Assembly (NCBI GenBank): GCA_045133355.1
Contig: JBGUUB010000087.1
Coordinates: 11,970-75,969, forward strand
DNA length: 64,000 bases
Reading direction: 5' to 3'
Origin: Acutalibacteraceae bacterium
GTDB lineage: Bacteria > Bacillota > Clostridia > Oscillospirales > Acutalibacteraceae
How positions within the stretch are numbered: the first letter of the stretch is position 1; every line of letters begins with the position of its first letter. Shown piece by piece: positions 20,138-28,672 of this stretch. Both the position numbers and the translations under genes were made by a program. The notes beneath the pieces were generated by a model. The model saw only the letters and a program-made list of their open reading frames with translations. It had not been told where the DNA came from and searched no databases.

Positions 20138-20905
20138 ATGAATAAAGCTAAAAGAGCCGCCGTAATCGCAGGCAACTGGAAAATGAACAAAACCCCGTCC
20201 GAAACGACCGCGCTTATTAACGAAATGAAGCCGCTTGTAGCGGGCGCTGACTGCAAGGTAGTGCTTTGCGTTCCCTTTATCGACATTCCCGCAGCTGTTG
20301 CCGCCGCCGAGGGTTCAAACATTGAAATCGGCGCTGAAAATGTACATTTTAAGGAGAGCGGCGCTTACACAGGCGAAGTTTCCGCACAGATGCTCGTTGA
20401 ATCGGGCGTTAAGTATGTGGTTATCGGTCACAGCGAGAGAAGACAGTACTTCGGCGAGACCGACCAGACCGTAAATCTTCGCACACTTGCCGCTTTGAAT
20501 GCGGGTCTTACAGCTATAGTTTGCGTTGGCGAAACCCTCGAGCAGAGAGAGCTCGGCTACACCGAAACTCTGCTTAAGTACCAGACCAAGATGGCGCTTA
20601 CAAATGTTCCCGCCGAGAAGCTTTCAAATGTTATTATCGCTTACGAGCCCGTTTGGGCAATCGGCACAGGCGTTACCGCTACCGCCGAGCAGGCTGACGA
20701 GGGCAACGGCTATGTCCGTGCCGCTATTGCAGAAGTCTACGGCGCAGATGTAGCAGAGACCGTTACAATCCAGTACGGCGGTTCTATGAACGCTAAGAAT
20801 GCCGACGAGTTGGTTGCAAAGGTTAATGTTGACGGCGGACTTATCGGCGGCGCTTCCCTTAAGGCTGAGGATTTCTCGGTTATCGTTAAAGCTGCAAGCA
20901 AATAA
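20138..20905 (+). CDS. tpiA: triose-phosphate isomerase
   Basis: AGNWKMN, GHSERR, AYEPVWAIGTG motifs. The ATG at 20138 lies 7 nt after AAGGAG. Confidence 0.96.
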   Translation: MNKAKRAAVIAGNWKMNKTPSETTALINEMKPLVAGADCKVVLCVPFIDIPAAVAAAEGSNIEIGAENVHFKESGAYTGEVSAQMLVESGVKYVVIGHSERRQYFGETDQTVNLRTLAALNAGLTAIVCVGETLEQRELGYTETLLKYQTKMALTNVPAEKLSNVIIAYEPVWAIGTGVTATAEQADEGNGYVRAAIAEVYGADVAETVTIQYGGSMNAKNADELVAKVNVDGGLIGGASLKAEDFSVIVKAASK

Positions 20906-20923
20906 TTTCAAGGTGATATAATA

Positions 20924-22438
20924 ATGAAAAAACCTGTTGTTTTATGTATTATGGACGGTTTCGGCATAAGAAATTCCGATGAAGGTAATGCGATTCATGC
21001 CGCTAAAACCCCCAATCTCACTAAATTTTTTAGTGAAAACCCATTCACTACCATTGGTGCTTCAGGGCTTGATGTAGGACTCCCCGACGGACAGATGGGC
21101 AACAGTGAGGTAGGTCACACCAACATCGGAGCCGGCCGTGTTGTTTATCAAATGCTCGTTAAAATCACAAAATCTATTGAGGACGGCGACTTCTTTGATA
21201 TTGAAGCTTTAAAGAATGCCGTTCAAAACTGCAAGGATAACAACTCGGCTCTTCATCTTATCGGACTTCTTTCCGACGGCGGAGTTCACAGCCATATTGA
21301 GCACCTCTATGGGCTTTTAGAGCTTGCGAAAAGAAACGGACTTGAAAAGGTTTTCGTTCACTGCCTTATGGACGGCAGAGATGTTTCCACCACCTCGGGT
21401 GTCGGCTTTATAAAGGACCTTCAGGCTAAAATGAAGGAGCTCGGTGTCGGTAAAATTGCTACTATAGCAGGCCGTTATTATGCAATGGACAGAGACTTTG
21501 CTTGGGACAGAGTTGAAAAAGCTTATTCCGCTTTCGTTTACGGCGAAGGCATACAAAATCCAGATCCCGTAAAGGCAATGGAAGAATCATATGCAAACGG
21601 TGTTACCGACGAATTTATTGTTCCTACAGTTGTTGATAAAGAGGGTACCATTAAAGCAAATGACAGCGTTATTTCCTTTAATTTCCGTCCTGACAGAGCA
21701 CGACAGTTTACCCGTACATTTGTTGACCCTGATTTTGACGGTTTTGAACGCAAAAACGGCTTCTTCCCCTTAAGCTATGTTTGTATGACTCAATATGACG
21801 AAACTATGCCTAATGTTTCGGTTGCTTTCCCGCCCGAAGAGCTTAAAATGACCTTCGGCGAATATTTAGCAAGCAAAAATATGACTCAATTAAGAATTGC
21901 CGAAACTCAGAAGTACGCTCATGTTACCTTCTTCTTCAACGGCGGCGAGGAAAAGACCTTTGAGGGCGAGGACAGAATCCTTATTCAGTCCCCCGATGTT
22001 CCAACCTTCGATTTAAAGCCTGAAATGAGCGCATACCCTGTTTGCGATGCCGTTTGCGAGCAGATAGAATCGGGCAAATACGATGCGGTTGTTCTCAACT
22101 TCGCCAACTGCGATATGGTAGGTCACACAGGCGTGTTTGACGCGGCTGTAAAGGCGGTTGAAGCGGTTGACGAATGTGTGGGCAGGGTTGTTGATTCCAC
22201 CCTTAAAATGGGCGGCTCGGTTATTATAACCGCCGACCACGGAAATGCCGACTGTATGGTTGGAGAGGACGGTCAACCCTTCACTCCCCACACCACAAAT
22301 CCCGTTCCCTTCTGCGTTGTAGGTTATCCCTGTGAATTAAGGGAGGGCGGCAGACTTGCCGACATCGTGCCTTCAATTCTTAAAATTATGGGACTTCCCC
22401 AGCCCCCCGAAATGACGGGCGAATCACTTATTAAATAA
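20924..22438 (+). CDS. gpmI: 2,3-bisphosphoglycerate-independent phosphoglycerate mutase
   Basis: 504 aa. ILDGFG-like N-terminus (IMDGFGI), MGNSEVGHTNIGAGR, ITADHGNA motifs. Confidence 0.96.
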   Translation: MKKPVVLCIMDGFGIRNSDEGNAIHAAKTPNLTKFFSENPFTTIGASGLDVGLPDGQMGNSEVGHTNIGAGRVVYQMLVKITKSIEDGDFFDIEALKNAVQNCKDNNSALHLIGLLSDGGVHSHIEHLYGLLELAKRNGLEKVFVHCLMDGRDVSTTSGVGFIKDLQAKMKELGVGKIATIAGRYYAMDRDFAWDRVEKAYSAFVYGEGIQNPDPVKAMEESYANGVTDEFIVPTVVDKEGTIKANDSVISFNFRPDRARQFTRTFVDPDFDGFERKNGFFPLSYVCMTQYDETMPNVSVAFPPEELKMTFGEYLASKNMTQLRIAETQKYAHVTFFFNGGEEKTFEGEDRILIQSPDVPTFDLKPEMSAYPVCDAVCEQIESGKYDAVVLNFANCDMVGHTGVFDAAVKAVEAVDECVGRVVDSTLKMGGSVIITADHGNADCMVGEDGQPFTPHTTNPVPFCVVGYPCELREGGRLADIVPSILKIMGLPQPPEMTGESLIK

Positions 22439-22451
22439 GCTTCTTATACTG

Positions 22452-22489
22452 AAAACATCGGTTTCGCTTTTGCAAAACCGATGTTTTTT
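22452..22489. terminator. bidirectional terminator between gpmI and the LysR gene
   Basis: AAAACATCGGTTT / AAACCGATGTTTT stem, with a T-run on the plus strand and an A-run upstream. Confidence 0.7.
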
Positions 22490-22490
22490 A

Positions 22491-23414
22491 TTAAATATAT
22501 TTCCTTTTTGCGTCACACACGGCGGTGATAAAGGCGTTGTCAAGCTCGGTCAGCTTATATCCGTTACGGTAGATAAGCACATCCATATATACCTTTTCAG
22601 TATCGGCGCACTCTCTTGAAACAAGCCCGTATTTCTCACACAAATCCTCAGGAATAGGCGACACCCACATAAATGAGTTTTCAACCTCTTGAAGGATTTC
22701 AAACTGGCTTCCCCGCTCAAACACATAAATATGCTTGTCCACATACTTTGAAAGCTCTTCCCTCTTGACATCAATAAGGGGGAGTGACGGAACATAAGGG
22801 TCTGCGTGAGTAATCTCGATATACGGGGCTAAATCCTTGCAGTAAATTTCCTGTTTTTCCGCTAACGGGTGATTTTGGGACATTAAAAGCACATATTTAA
22901 AATCGGTGATAATTTCGGCATTTAAACGCTTTTCCTCGAACTGTGTTTTAAAATAGCGTTCAAAGGTGTTTTGAAAACGAACTATCCCTAAATTATATTC
23001 GCCTTTTACCACATTACCGATTGTTCTTGAGGAATTTGTTTCCTTATAAAAAATATCGGCAGGGATATCTGTTTTAATGCTTTTCGCAAACTCGGCAAAG
23101 GCATAGGAAATATAGCTTGCCCTCGGCACGCAGACAGAAAAATTCTGCTTCGGTCTGCGGCCGTTTTTATACATTTCCTCAACCTCGTCAACCTGATTGA
23201 CAATACGCCTTGCGTACTGCAAAAACTCCTCACCCTCGGGAGTTACGGTTATTCCTTTGGGAGTGCGGTAAAAAATGGTTATATTAAGGCTTTCTTCAAG
23301 CTCCTTAATAGCTCTCGACAAATTCGGCTGACCCATATATAAATTTTCCGCCGCGCGGCTTATAGACTTTGTGTTTGCAATTTCAACAGCATATTTCAAA
23401 TGGAGTATATTCAC
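22491..23414 (-). CDS. LysR-family transcriptional regulator
   Basis: N-terminal wHTH (LKYAVEIANTKSISRAAENLYMGQPNLSRAIKELE) plus a substrate-binding domain of the expected length (307 aa). Confidence 0.88.
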   Translation of the reverse strand: MNILHLKYAVEIANTKSISRAAENLYMGQPNLSRAIKELEESLNITIFYRTPKGITVTPEGEEFLQYARRIVNQVDEVEEMYKNGRRPKQNFSVCVPRASYISYAFAEFAKSIKTDIPADIFYKETNSSRTIGNVVKGEYNLGIVRFQNTFERYFKTQFEEKRLNAEIITDFKYVLLMSQNHPLAEKQEIYCKDLAPYIEITHADPYVPSLPLIDVKREELSKYVDKHIYVFERGSQFEILQEVENSFMWVSPIPEDLCEKYGLVSRECADTEKVYMDVLIYRNGYKLTELDNAFITAVCDAKRKYI

Positions 23415-23558
23415 TGTATCACCTCACGCATAATAGCTATATAAATATTGTATAGTAAAATAATATTTTGTCAACCCGACCGACCTTGTTTGGTAAAAAT
23501 TTACACATATTAATTAAATAAATTTACCTTATTCGCAGATAATAACAGCGGTGATATA

Positions 23559-24236
23559 ATGATTATAACAATAACGCGCACGGTTATACTCTATATATTC
23601 GTTACAGTCGGTATCAGGCTTATGGGAAAACGGCAGGTCGGCGAAATGCAGCCTAACGAGCTTGTTGTCACCCTGCTTATATCCGAGATTGCCGCCATTC
23701 CGCTTCAGGACACCTCTCAACCGATTTTAGACGGCGTTGTCGCAATATTTATGCTGGTTATTTTGGAGATAATCGTCTCGGTGCTGGCTATGAAAAGTAT
23801 GACGGTCAGAAAGCTTATGAACGGAAAATCGGCGGTGATAATCAAAAACGGCGTTGTTGACCAGAACGCTATGCGTCAGGTGCGTATGACGGTGCTTGAC
23901 TTAGTCGAGCTTTTGCGCGGGCAAAATGTATTTGACATTTCAACCGTTGCCTTTGCGGTGCTTGAGGTAAACGGCAACCTAAGCGTACTTTTAAAATCCT
24001 CCGAACAGACCGTAACCGCGGGCGACCTTAACATAGAAAAGGATAAAGCCGCCCTTCCCCTGCCCGTTATAAGCGACGGCAAAATAATTAAAGAATCGCT
24101 GAACGCCCTTGAAACCGATGAGACTGCAATCAGAAAAAAGGTTGCCGCTAACAACACCGAGGTAGGTCAAGTATTTTTAATGACTATGGACAGGTACGGA
24201 AATTTCAGCCTTATAAAAATGAGGGATAAACAATGA
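23559..24236 (+). CDS. DUF421 (YetF-like) membrane protein
   Basis: N-terminal TM region followed by GKRQVGEMQPNELVVTLLISE, typical of the YetF/YdfS family. Confidence 0.8.
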   Translation: MIITITRTVILYIFVTVGIRLMGKRQVGEMQPNELVVTLLISEIAAIPLQDTSQPILDGVVAIFMLVILEIIVSVLAMKSMTVRKLMNGKSAVIIKNGVVDQNAMRQVRMTVLDLVELLRGQNVFDISTVAFAVLEVNGNLSVLLKSSEQTVTAGDLNIEKDKAALPLPVISDGKIIKESLNALETDETAIRKKVAANNTEVGQVFLMTMDRYGNFSLIKMRDKQ

Positions 24237-24604
24237 AAAGACTGATTGCGGCGGGGATACTGTTAGCGGCGGTCATGGCGGCGTATATTTCGAGTCTTAT
24301 GTATATCACTAAAACCTGCGATAAAACAAAAGAATTAATACTCCGCTGTGAAGAGGCATACAGCGAGGGCGAAGCCTATAAATACGCCGAGGAGCTAAGC
24401 AGTCTTTGGGATGAAAAGGAAAAAGCACTCTCATTTTTTATGAATCACAACCGAATTGACGATATTGAGCTTGAAATCTCATCGCTTTTACTTTACAGCG
24501 AAACCGAGGACGAAATTCTCTTTTACGAGCATATCGAAACCCTTAAAATGCTCCTTCATCAGGTCAAAGAAGATACGAGAATAAGCGTTCACAGTATTTT
24601 CTAA
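24233..24604 (+). CDS. DUF4363-like small membrane-anchored protein
   Basis: 123 aa, N-terminal TM helix. Overlaps the DUF421 gene by 4 nt, the usual pairing for these two families. Confidence 0.6.
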   Translation: MKRLIAAGILLAAVMAAYISSLMYITKTCDKTKELILRCEEAYSEGEAYKYAEELSSLWDEKEKALSFFMNHNRIDDIELEISSLLLYSETEDEILFYEHIETLKMLLHQVKEDTRISVHSIF

Positions 24605-24618
24605 TGAATAAATATTCA
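24605..24618. promoter_or_regulatory. ARG-box-like palindrome TGAATAAATATTCA
   Basis: Fits the TGAAT-N4-ATTCA ArgR/AhrC core. Lies immediately after the DUF4363 stop. Confidence 0.3.
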
Positions 24619-24640
24619 TCTTATATAAAAGGCTACAGCG

Positions 24641-24764
24641 GCTCCCCTTGTCAGGGGAGCTGTCGCCAAAGGCGACTGAGGGGTAGTTGAAAACAGCTTT
24701 ATTTAGGGCTTTTCTCTCCCTCCGTCTCGACTGTGTCGAGCCACCTCCCTCGTCAGAGGGAGGC
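24641..24764. repeat. multi-hairpin palindromic intergenic repeat, copy B
   Basis: GCTCCCCttgtcaGGGGAGC + TGTCGCCaaaGGCGACTGA ... TTTTCTCTCCCTCC + GTCTCGActgtgTCGAG + CCTCCCTCgtcaGAGGGAGG. Starts 37 nt after the stop at 24604. Confidence 0.75.
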
Positions 24765-24812
24765 AATTACGGCTTTTCGGAATATTCATAGTATTCATTA
24801 AATTGAACAATA

Positions 24813-24826
24813 TGAATATTTATTCA
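24813..24826. promoter_or_regulatory. ARG-box-like palindrome TGAATATTTATTCA
   Basis: Second perfect TGAAT-N4-ATTCA core, about 90 nt upstream of the -35 of the ABC transporter promoter. TATTCAT half-sites flank it. Confidence 0.3.
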
Positions 24827-24916
24827 TTATAAATATGCATTTTGAATGTTTCAGCTCATAATATGCACAAAATCGAAAAATATTCAAAAAAATATCATAA
24901 ATATGCAAATAAAGTA

Positions 24917-24945
24917 TTGACAAATAAGCCTTGCGGTGATATAAT
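24917..24945 (+). promoter_or_regulatory. consensus sigma-A type promoter TTGACA-17-TATAAT for the ABC transporter operon
   Basis: -35 at 24917-24922, -10 at 24940-24945, exactly 17 nt spacer. About 45 nt upstream of the ATG at 24989. Confidence 0.55.
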
Positions 24946-24988
24946 CCCTATATACTTAAAATTTAACTTTTAAAAGGGGATTTTCCAA

Positions 24989-25759
24989 ATGAAAAAAATC
25001 ACAAAAATCTTAAGCGTTTTAGCCGCTTTGGCTATCGCTGTTCTCTGCTGCGGCTGCGGCAGTAAGTCTATGACCGCACAAGAAGGCAAGCTTATTATGG
25101 CTACCAATGCCGAATTCCCGCCCTATGAGTACAAGGAGGGAGACAAAATCGTAGGTATCGACGCAGAGGTAGCACAGCTTATCGCCGACAAATTAGACCT
25201 TAAGCTTGAAATCGCCGATGTTGATTTCGACTCCATTATCCCCGGCGTTCAGTCCGGCAAGTACGATATGGGTATGGCGGGTATGACCGTTACCGATGAG
25301 AGAAAGGAAAAGGTTAACTTCTCCGACTCATATGCTACAGGCGTTCAGGTTGTAATCGTTAAGGAAGACAGCGATATTAAAACAATCGACGATTTAGATG
25401 GCAAGAAAATCGGCGCTCAGCAAGGCACAACAGGTTATATCTACGCTTCCGACACACCCGAAAACGGCGGCTACGGCGAAGAAAATGTAACAGGCTATCA
25501 GAACGGCGCGCTTGCAGTTGAGGCTTTAAAGGGCGGCAAGGTTGATTGCGTTATCATCGATAACGAGCCCGCAAAGGCTTATGTTGCCGCAAACGAGGGT
25601 CTAAAAATTCTTGACACCGAATATGTAACCGAGGATTATGCAATCTGCTTTGCAAAGGAAAACACCGAGCTTCAGGAAAAGGTTAACGAAGCGCTTAAGG
25701 CACTTATCGAAGACGGCTCTGTTAAAAAGGTTGTTGACAAATACATTAAAGCTGACTAA
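24989..25759 (+). CDS. polar amino acid ABC transporter substrate-binding lipoprotein
   Basis: Lipobox (LCCGCG), family 3 SBP motifs (FPPYEY, GKYDMGMAGMT). Confidence 0.9.
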   Translation: MKKITKILSVLAALAIAVLCCGCGSKSMTAQEGKLIMATNAEFPPYEYKEGDKIVGIDAEVAQLIADKLDLKLEIADVDFDSIIPGVQSGKYDMGMAGMTVTDERKEKVNFSDSYATGVQVVIVKEDSDIKTIDDLDGKKIGAQQGTTGYIYASDTPENGGYGEENVTGYQNGALAVEALKGGKVDCVIIDNEPAKAYVAANEGLKILDTEYVTEDYAICFAKENTELQEKVNEALKALIEDGSVKKVVDKYIKAD

Positions 25760-25774
25760 TTCAAAAATAATTAG

Positions 25775-25801
25775 GGGCGGTTTCCAACCGCCCTGTTTTT
25801 T
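25775..25801 (+). terminator. hairpin with T-run between the SBP and permease genes (partial terminator/attenuator)
   Basis: GGGCGGTT tcc AACCGCCC followed by TGTTTTTT. Confidence 0.55.
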
Positions 25802-25823
25802 AGTATAGAAAGGAGTTTATGCA

Positions 25824-26579
25824 TTGGCAAACATAATTAACGCTGTTTCGGGCTGGTTGGGCTCCATTGCGGACGAGTTTAAATTCGTTTTTATTGATGG
25901 GAACCGCTATGAGCAGCTGATAACGGGCTTTCTAAACACCCTGAAAATCACCTTCGGCGCTTTGCTTATTGGTATTGCAATAGGTATAATCGTTGCCGCC
26001 GTGCGCTCTACATACGATAAAAACCGTGACAAAATGCGCCGGCACAAGGGTATAGGATATTTTATACTGGCATTTTTAAACGCTGTTTGCAAGCTTTATT
26101 TAACGGTTATCAGAGGAACTCCTGTTGTCGTTCAGCTTATGATTTCGTATTTCCTGATTTTCGTCTCGGTAAGGGACGGCGTTCCGATAGGCATTTTCGC
26201 TTTCGGTATAAATTCGGGCGCATATGTGGCGGAAATCTTCCGCGGCGGAATTATGGCGGTGGATAACGGACAGTTTGAGGCGGGTCGCAGTCTTGGACTT
26301 AACTATGTTCAGACTATGATACATATTGTAATTCCCCAGATGTTTAAAACCGTTCTGCCCACCCTCTGCAATGAGTTTATCGCTCTTTTAAAGGAAACCT
26401 CGGTCGCGGGCTATGTGGGCGTTGTAGACCTTACCAAAGCGGGCAATTCGATTGCGGGGCGCACCTATTCCTATTTTCTGCCCCTTATCACCGTGGCGGC
26501 TATCTATCTTGTAATAGTTATGGTTTTAACCTGGCTTGTAGGAAAGCTTGAAAGGAGGCTGCGTACCAGTGACCACTAA
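25824..26579 (+). CDS. amino acid ABC transporter permease (HisMQ family)
   Basis: 251 aa with an EAA-like loop ([21 protein letters not shown]). TTG start 8 nt after AAAGGAG. Confidence 0.9.
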   Translation: MANIINAVSGWLGSIADEFKFVFIDGNRYEQLITGFLNTLKITFGALLIGIAIGIIVAAVRSTYDKNRDKMRRHKGIGYFILAFLNAVCKLYLTVIRGTPVVVQLMISYFLIFVSVRDGVPIGIFAFGINSGAYVAEIFRGGIMAVDNGQFEAGRSLGLNYVQTMIHIVIPQMFKTVLPTLCNEFIALLKETSVAGYVGVVDLTKAGNSIAGRTYSYFLPLITVAAIYLVIVMVLTWLVGKLERRLRTSDH

Positions 26580-27309
26580 CGAGGTGCTAATCAAAACCGA
26601 TAATTTGCAAAAATCCTTCGGCAAAATTGAGGTTTTAAAGGGTATTGATACCGAAATAAAAAAGGGCGAGGTTGTGGTTATTATAGGACCTTCCGGCTCG
26701 GGAAAATCCACCTTTTTGCGTACCCTTAATCTCCTTGAAGAGCCGACGGGCGGGCATATTTATTTTGAGGGAACTGATATTACCGACCCTAAAGTAAACA
26801 TAAATATTCACCGCCAGAAGATGGGAATGGTTTTCCAGCAGTTCAATCTTTTCCCGAATATGACGGTGCTTAAAAATATGACAATAGCGCCTGTAAAGCT
26901 TAAAAAAGCCACCAAGGCCGAGGCGGAGGAGCGTGCGCTCGCCCTGCTTGACCGCGTAGGACTTAGGGACAGGGCTAACGCCTACCCCTCCCAGCTTTCG
27001 GGAGGACAAAAGCAGAGGGTTGCGATAGTCCGCGCCCTTTGTATGCAGCCCGATGTAATGCTGTTTGACGAGCCGACCTCCGCCCTCGACCCCGAAATGG
27101 TCGGCGAGGTGCTGGATGTTATGAAGGCGCTCGCCAATGACGGTATGACAATGGCGGTTGTAACCCACGAAATGGGCTTTGCAAGAGAAGTTGCAGACCG
27201 AGTGCTCTTTATCGACCAAGGTATTATTATGGAAGAAGGCACACCCGAGGAAGTATTCGGCAATCCAAAAAGTCCGAGACTTAAGGACTTTTTAAGCAAG
27301 GTTATCTAA
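26569..27309 (+). CDS. amino acid ABC transporter ATP-binding protein (GlnQ/ArtP-like)
   Basis: Walker [10 protein letters not shown], signature LSGGQKQR, Walker [12 protein letters not shown]. The GTG at 26569 lies 10 nt after GAAAGGAGG. Confidence 0.94.
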   Translation: MTTNEVLIKTDNLQKSFGKIEVLKGIDTEIKKGEVVVIIGPSGSGKSTFLRTLNLLEEPTGGHIYFEGTDITDPKVNINIHRQKMGMVFQQFNLFPNMTVLKNMTIAPVKLKKATKAEAEERALALLDRVGLRDRANAYPSQLSGGQKQRVAIVRALCMQPDVMLFDEPTSALDPEMVGEVLDVMKALANDGMTMAVVTHEMGFAREVADRVLFIDQGIIMEEGTPEEVFGNPKSPRLKDFLSKVI

Positions 27310-27351
27310 ATTAAAAATCTGTTGATTTAAAGACAGATAAATATAAAAAAG

Positions 27352-27472
27352 GCTCCCTTGTGTAAAGGGAGCTGTCAGCGAAGCTGACTGAGGGATTGTG
27401 AGAAAAGGCTTACTAAAGCTTTTTCAATCCCTCCGCCTCGTTCCTCGGCACCTCCCTTTACACAAGGGAGGC
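27352..27472. repeat. multi-hairpin palindromic intergenic repeat, copy C
   Basis: GCTCCCTtgtgtaaAGGGAGC + TGTCAGCgaaGCTGACTGA ... TCAATCCCTCC + GCCTCGttcCTCGGC + CCTCCCTTtacacAAGGGAGG. Starts 43 nt after the stop at 27309. Confidence 0.75.
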
Positions 27473-27508
27473 TTTTTCGTGCAAATTACTTTCAACATTA
27501 CAGCTTTT

Positions 27509-28039
27509 TCACATTTTAAGCAGTTTTTTCACCCTTGGATGAATTCGGTACATATAGGTTCCCGAAAGTCTTGAGACCGTAATATCATAAAGAACAAACA
27601 CCGCGTTTGCAAGTCCCAAAAAGATATATGCGCCGTATTTTCCGAGGACGCCGAAATCTTCGATGGAAACGCCGAACATTTCAGCAAACACCGCGTAAAT
27701 AAGTAAGACGGCGGCATTGAATACCGCAAGCTTTAAAAGCCACTCGATTACAGGCTTGTTTATTCTTTCAATCAGCGCCTTTACTATCGGATAATATCCG
27801 AACAAGCAAATATACATAAGCTTGCTTTCAGGCTCGGCAAAAATAAACACAAGCACCGAGGCGGCCAGATACGCTGCAAACGCCCATTTTACATTTATTT
27901 CAATAACCAGCATCATTGTAAGAAGCCCCGTTATTGCGGGAACAGCATAGGTGAAATAAGGAAAATAGGATAGCAGCATAAAAACCACCGAAAGCGCAAC
28001 CGTTATTCCGCACAATGTAATTTTAACATTTTGTTTCAA
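27509..28039 (-). CDS. hypothetical multi-pass membrane protein
   Basis: 176 aa with 5-6 hydrophobic helices, 18 nt downstream of the J-domain gene (same operon). Family not recognised with confidence. Confidence 0.6.
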   Translation of the reverse strand: MKQNVKITLCGITVALSVVFMLLSYFPYFTYAVPAITGLLTMMLVIEINVKWAFAAYLAASVLVFIFAEPESKLMYICLFGYYPIVKALIERINKPVIEWLLKLAVFNAAVLLIYAVFAEMFGVSIEDFGVLGKYGAYIFLGLANAVFVLYDITVSRLSGTYMYRIHPRVKKLLKM

Positions 28040-28057
28040 GTTATCGCTTCCCTTTTA

Positions 28058-28672
28058 TTAACAGCAGGGTATAAGGTCTCCGCCCATACATTCACAGCAA
28101 CAGTCCGCACAGATAAGGCTTGAACAAATATCACATCCGTCACAGCCGCCTGTACCCCCTCCGTAGGTGCGGTAGGGATTGTGCTGTCTTCCCTGCTGTC
28201 GTTGTGCGTTGTTAACCGCATTGCGGTATTCCATATTGGTCGGATCCATTCTCGAAGCAGTAGCAAAGCTTGTAAAGGCTTGGTCGAACCAACCGCGGCG
28301 GTAAAGTACTGTACCGTTAAGGAAGTACCACTCCGCGTTGCGGGACTGGGGCGGAACGCCGTCCAATATCTCCTGCGCCTGTTCAAGTCTGCCCTGATTA
28401 ATAAGGTTCCTAACCTCGGGGAAAGACGAGGAGGCATTGGTATCAAAGCCACCGCCCGAGTAGCTGTTGCTATGCTTGCCCGAACGGCGGGAGTTCATAA
28501 TTTGGTCGTATGCCTCGTTAATCTCCTTCATCTTTTCGCCCGCCAGGTCGGAAAGCGGATTATCGGTGTAATTATCGGGATGATACTTGCGCGCAAGCTC
28601 CCTGTAAGCGTTTTTGATTTCTTCATCGCTGGCGTTCTTTGAAACGCCTAATACCGCGTACGGATCTTTCAT
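28058..28672 (-). CDS. J-domain protein with a TPR-like middle region and a cysteine-string C-terminus
   Basis: N-terminal J domain ([31 protein letters not shown], with HPD). The last 30 aa hold 10 Cys ([30 protein letters not shown]). Confidence 0.88.
   Translation of the reverse strand: MKDPYAVLGVSKNASDEEIKNAYRELARKYHPDNYTDNPLSDLAGEKMKEINEAYDQIMNSRRSGKHSNSYSGGGFDTNASSSFPEVRNLINQGRLEQAQEILDGVPPQSRNAEWYFLNGTVLYRRGWFDQAFTSFATASRMDPTNMEYRNAVNNAQRQQGRQHNPYRTYGGGTGGCDGCDICSSLICADCCCECMGGDLIPCC

Noticed and set aside
20041-20322. 93-aa minus-strand ORF
   Set aside because: It is antisense to the 5' part of tpiA and its upstream leader, ending inside palindromic repeat copy A. It is a shadow ORF, not a gene.
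24488-24766. 92-aa minus-strand ORF beginning MPPSDEGGGSTQSRRRERK
   Set aside because: Its N-terminus is simply the translated palindromic repeat copy B, and the rest overlaps the DUF4363 gene antisense.
26635-27299. 194-aa and 105-aa minus-strand ORFs
   Set aside because: They are antisense to the ABC ATPase gene, which has Walker A/B and signature motifs in the plus frame.
28036-28642. 138-aa minus-strand and 153-aa plus-strand ORFs overlapping the J-domain gene
   Set aside because: They are alternative-frame or antisense shadows. The J-domain frame has the HPD motif and proper operon coupling.
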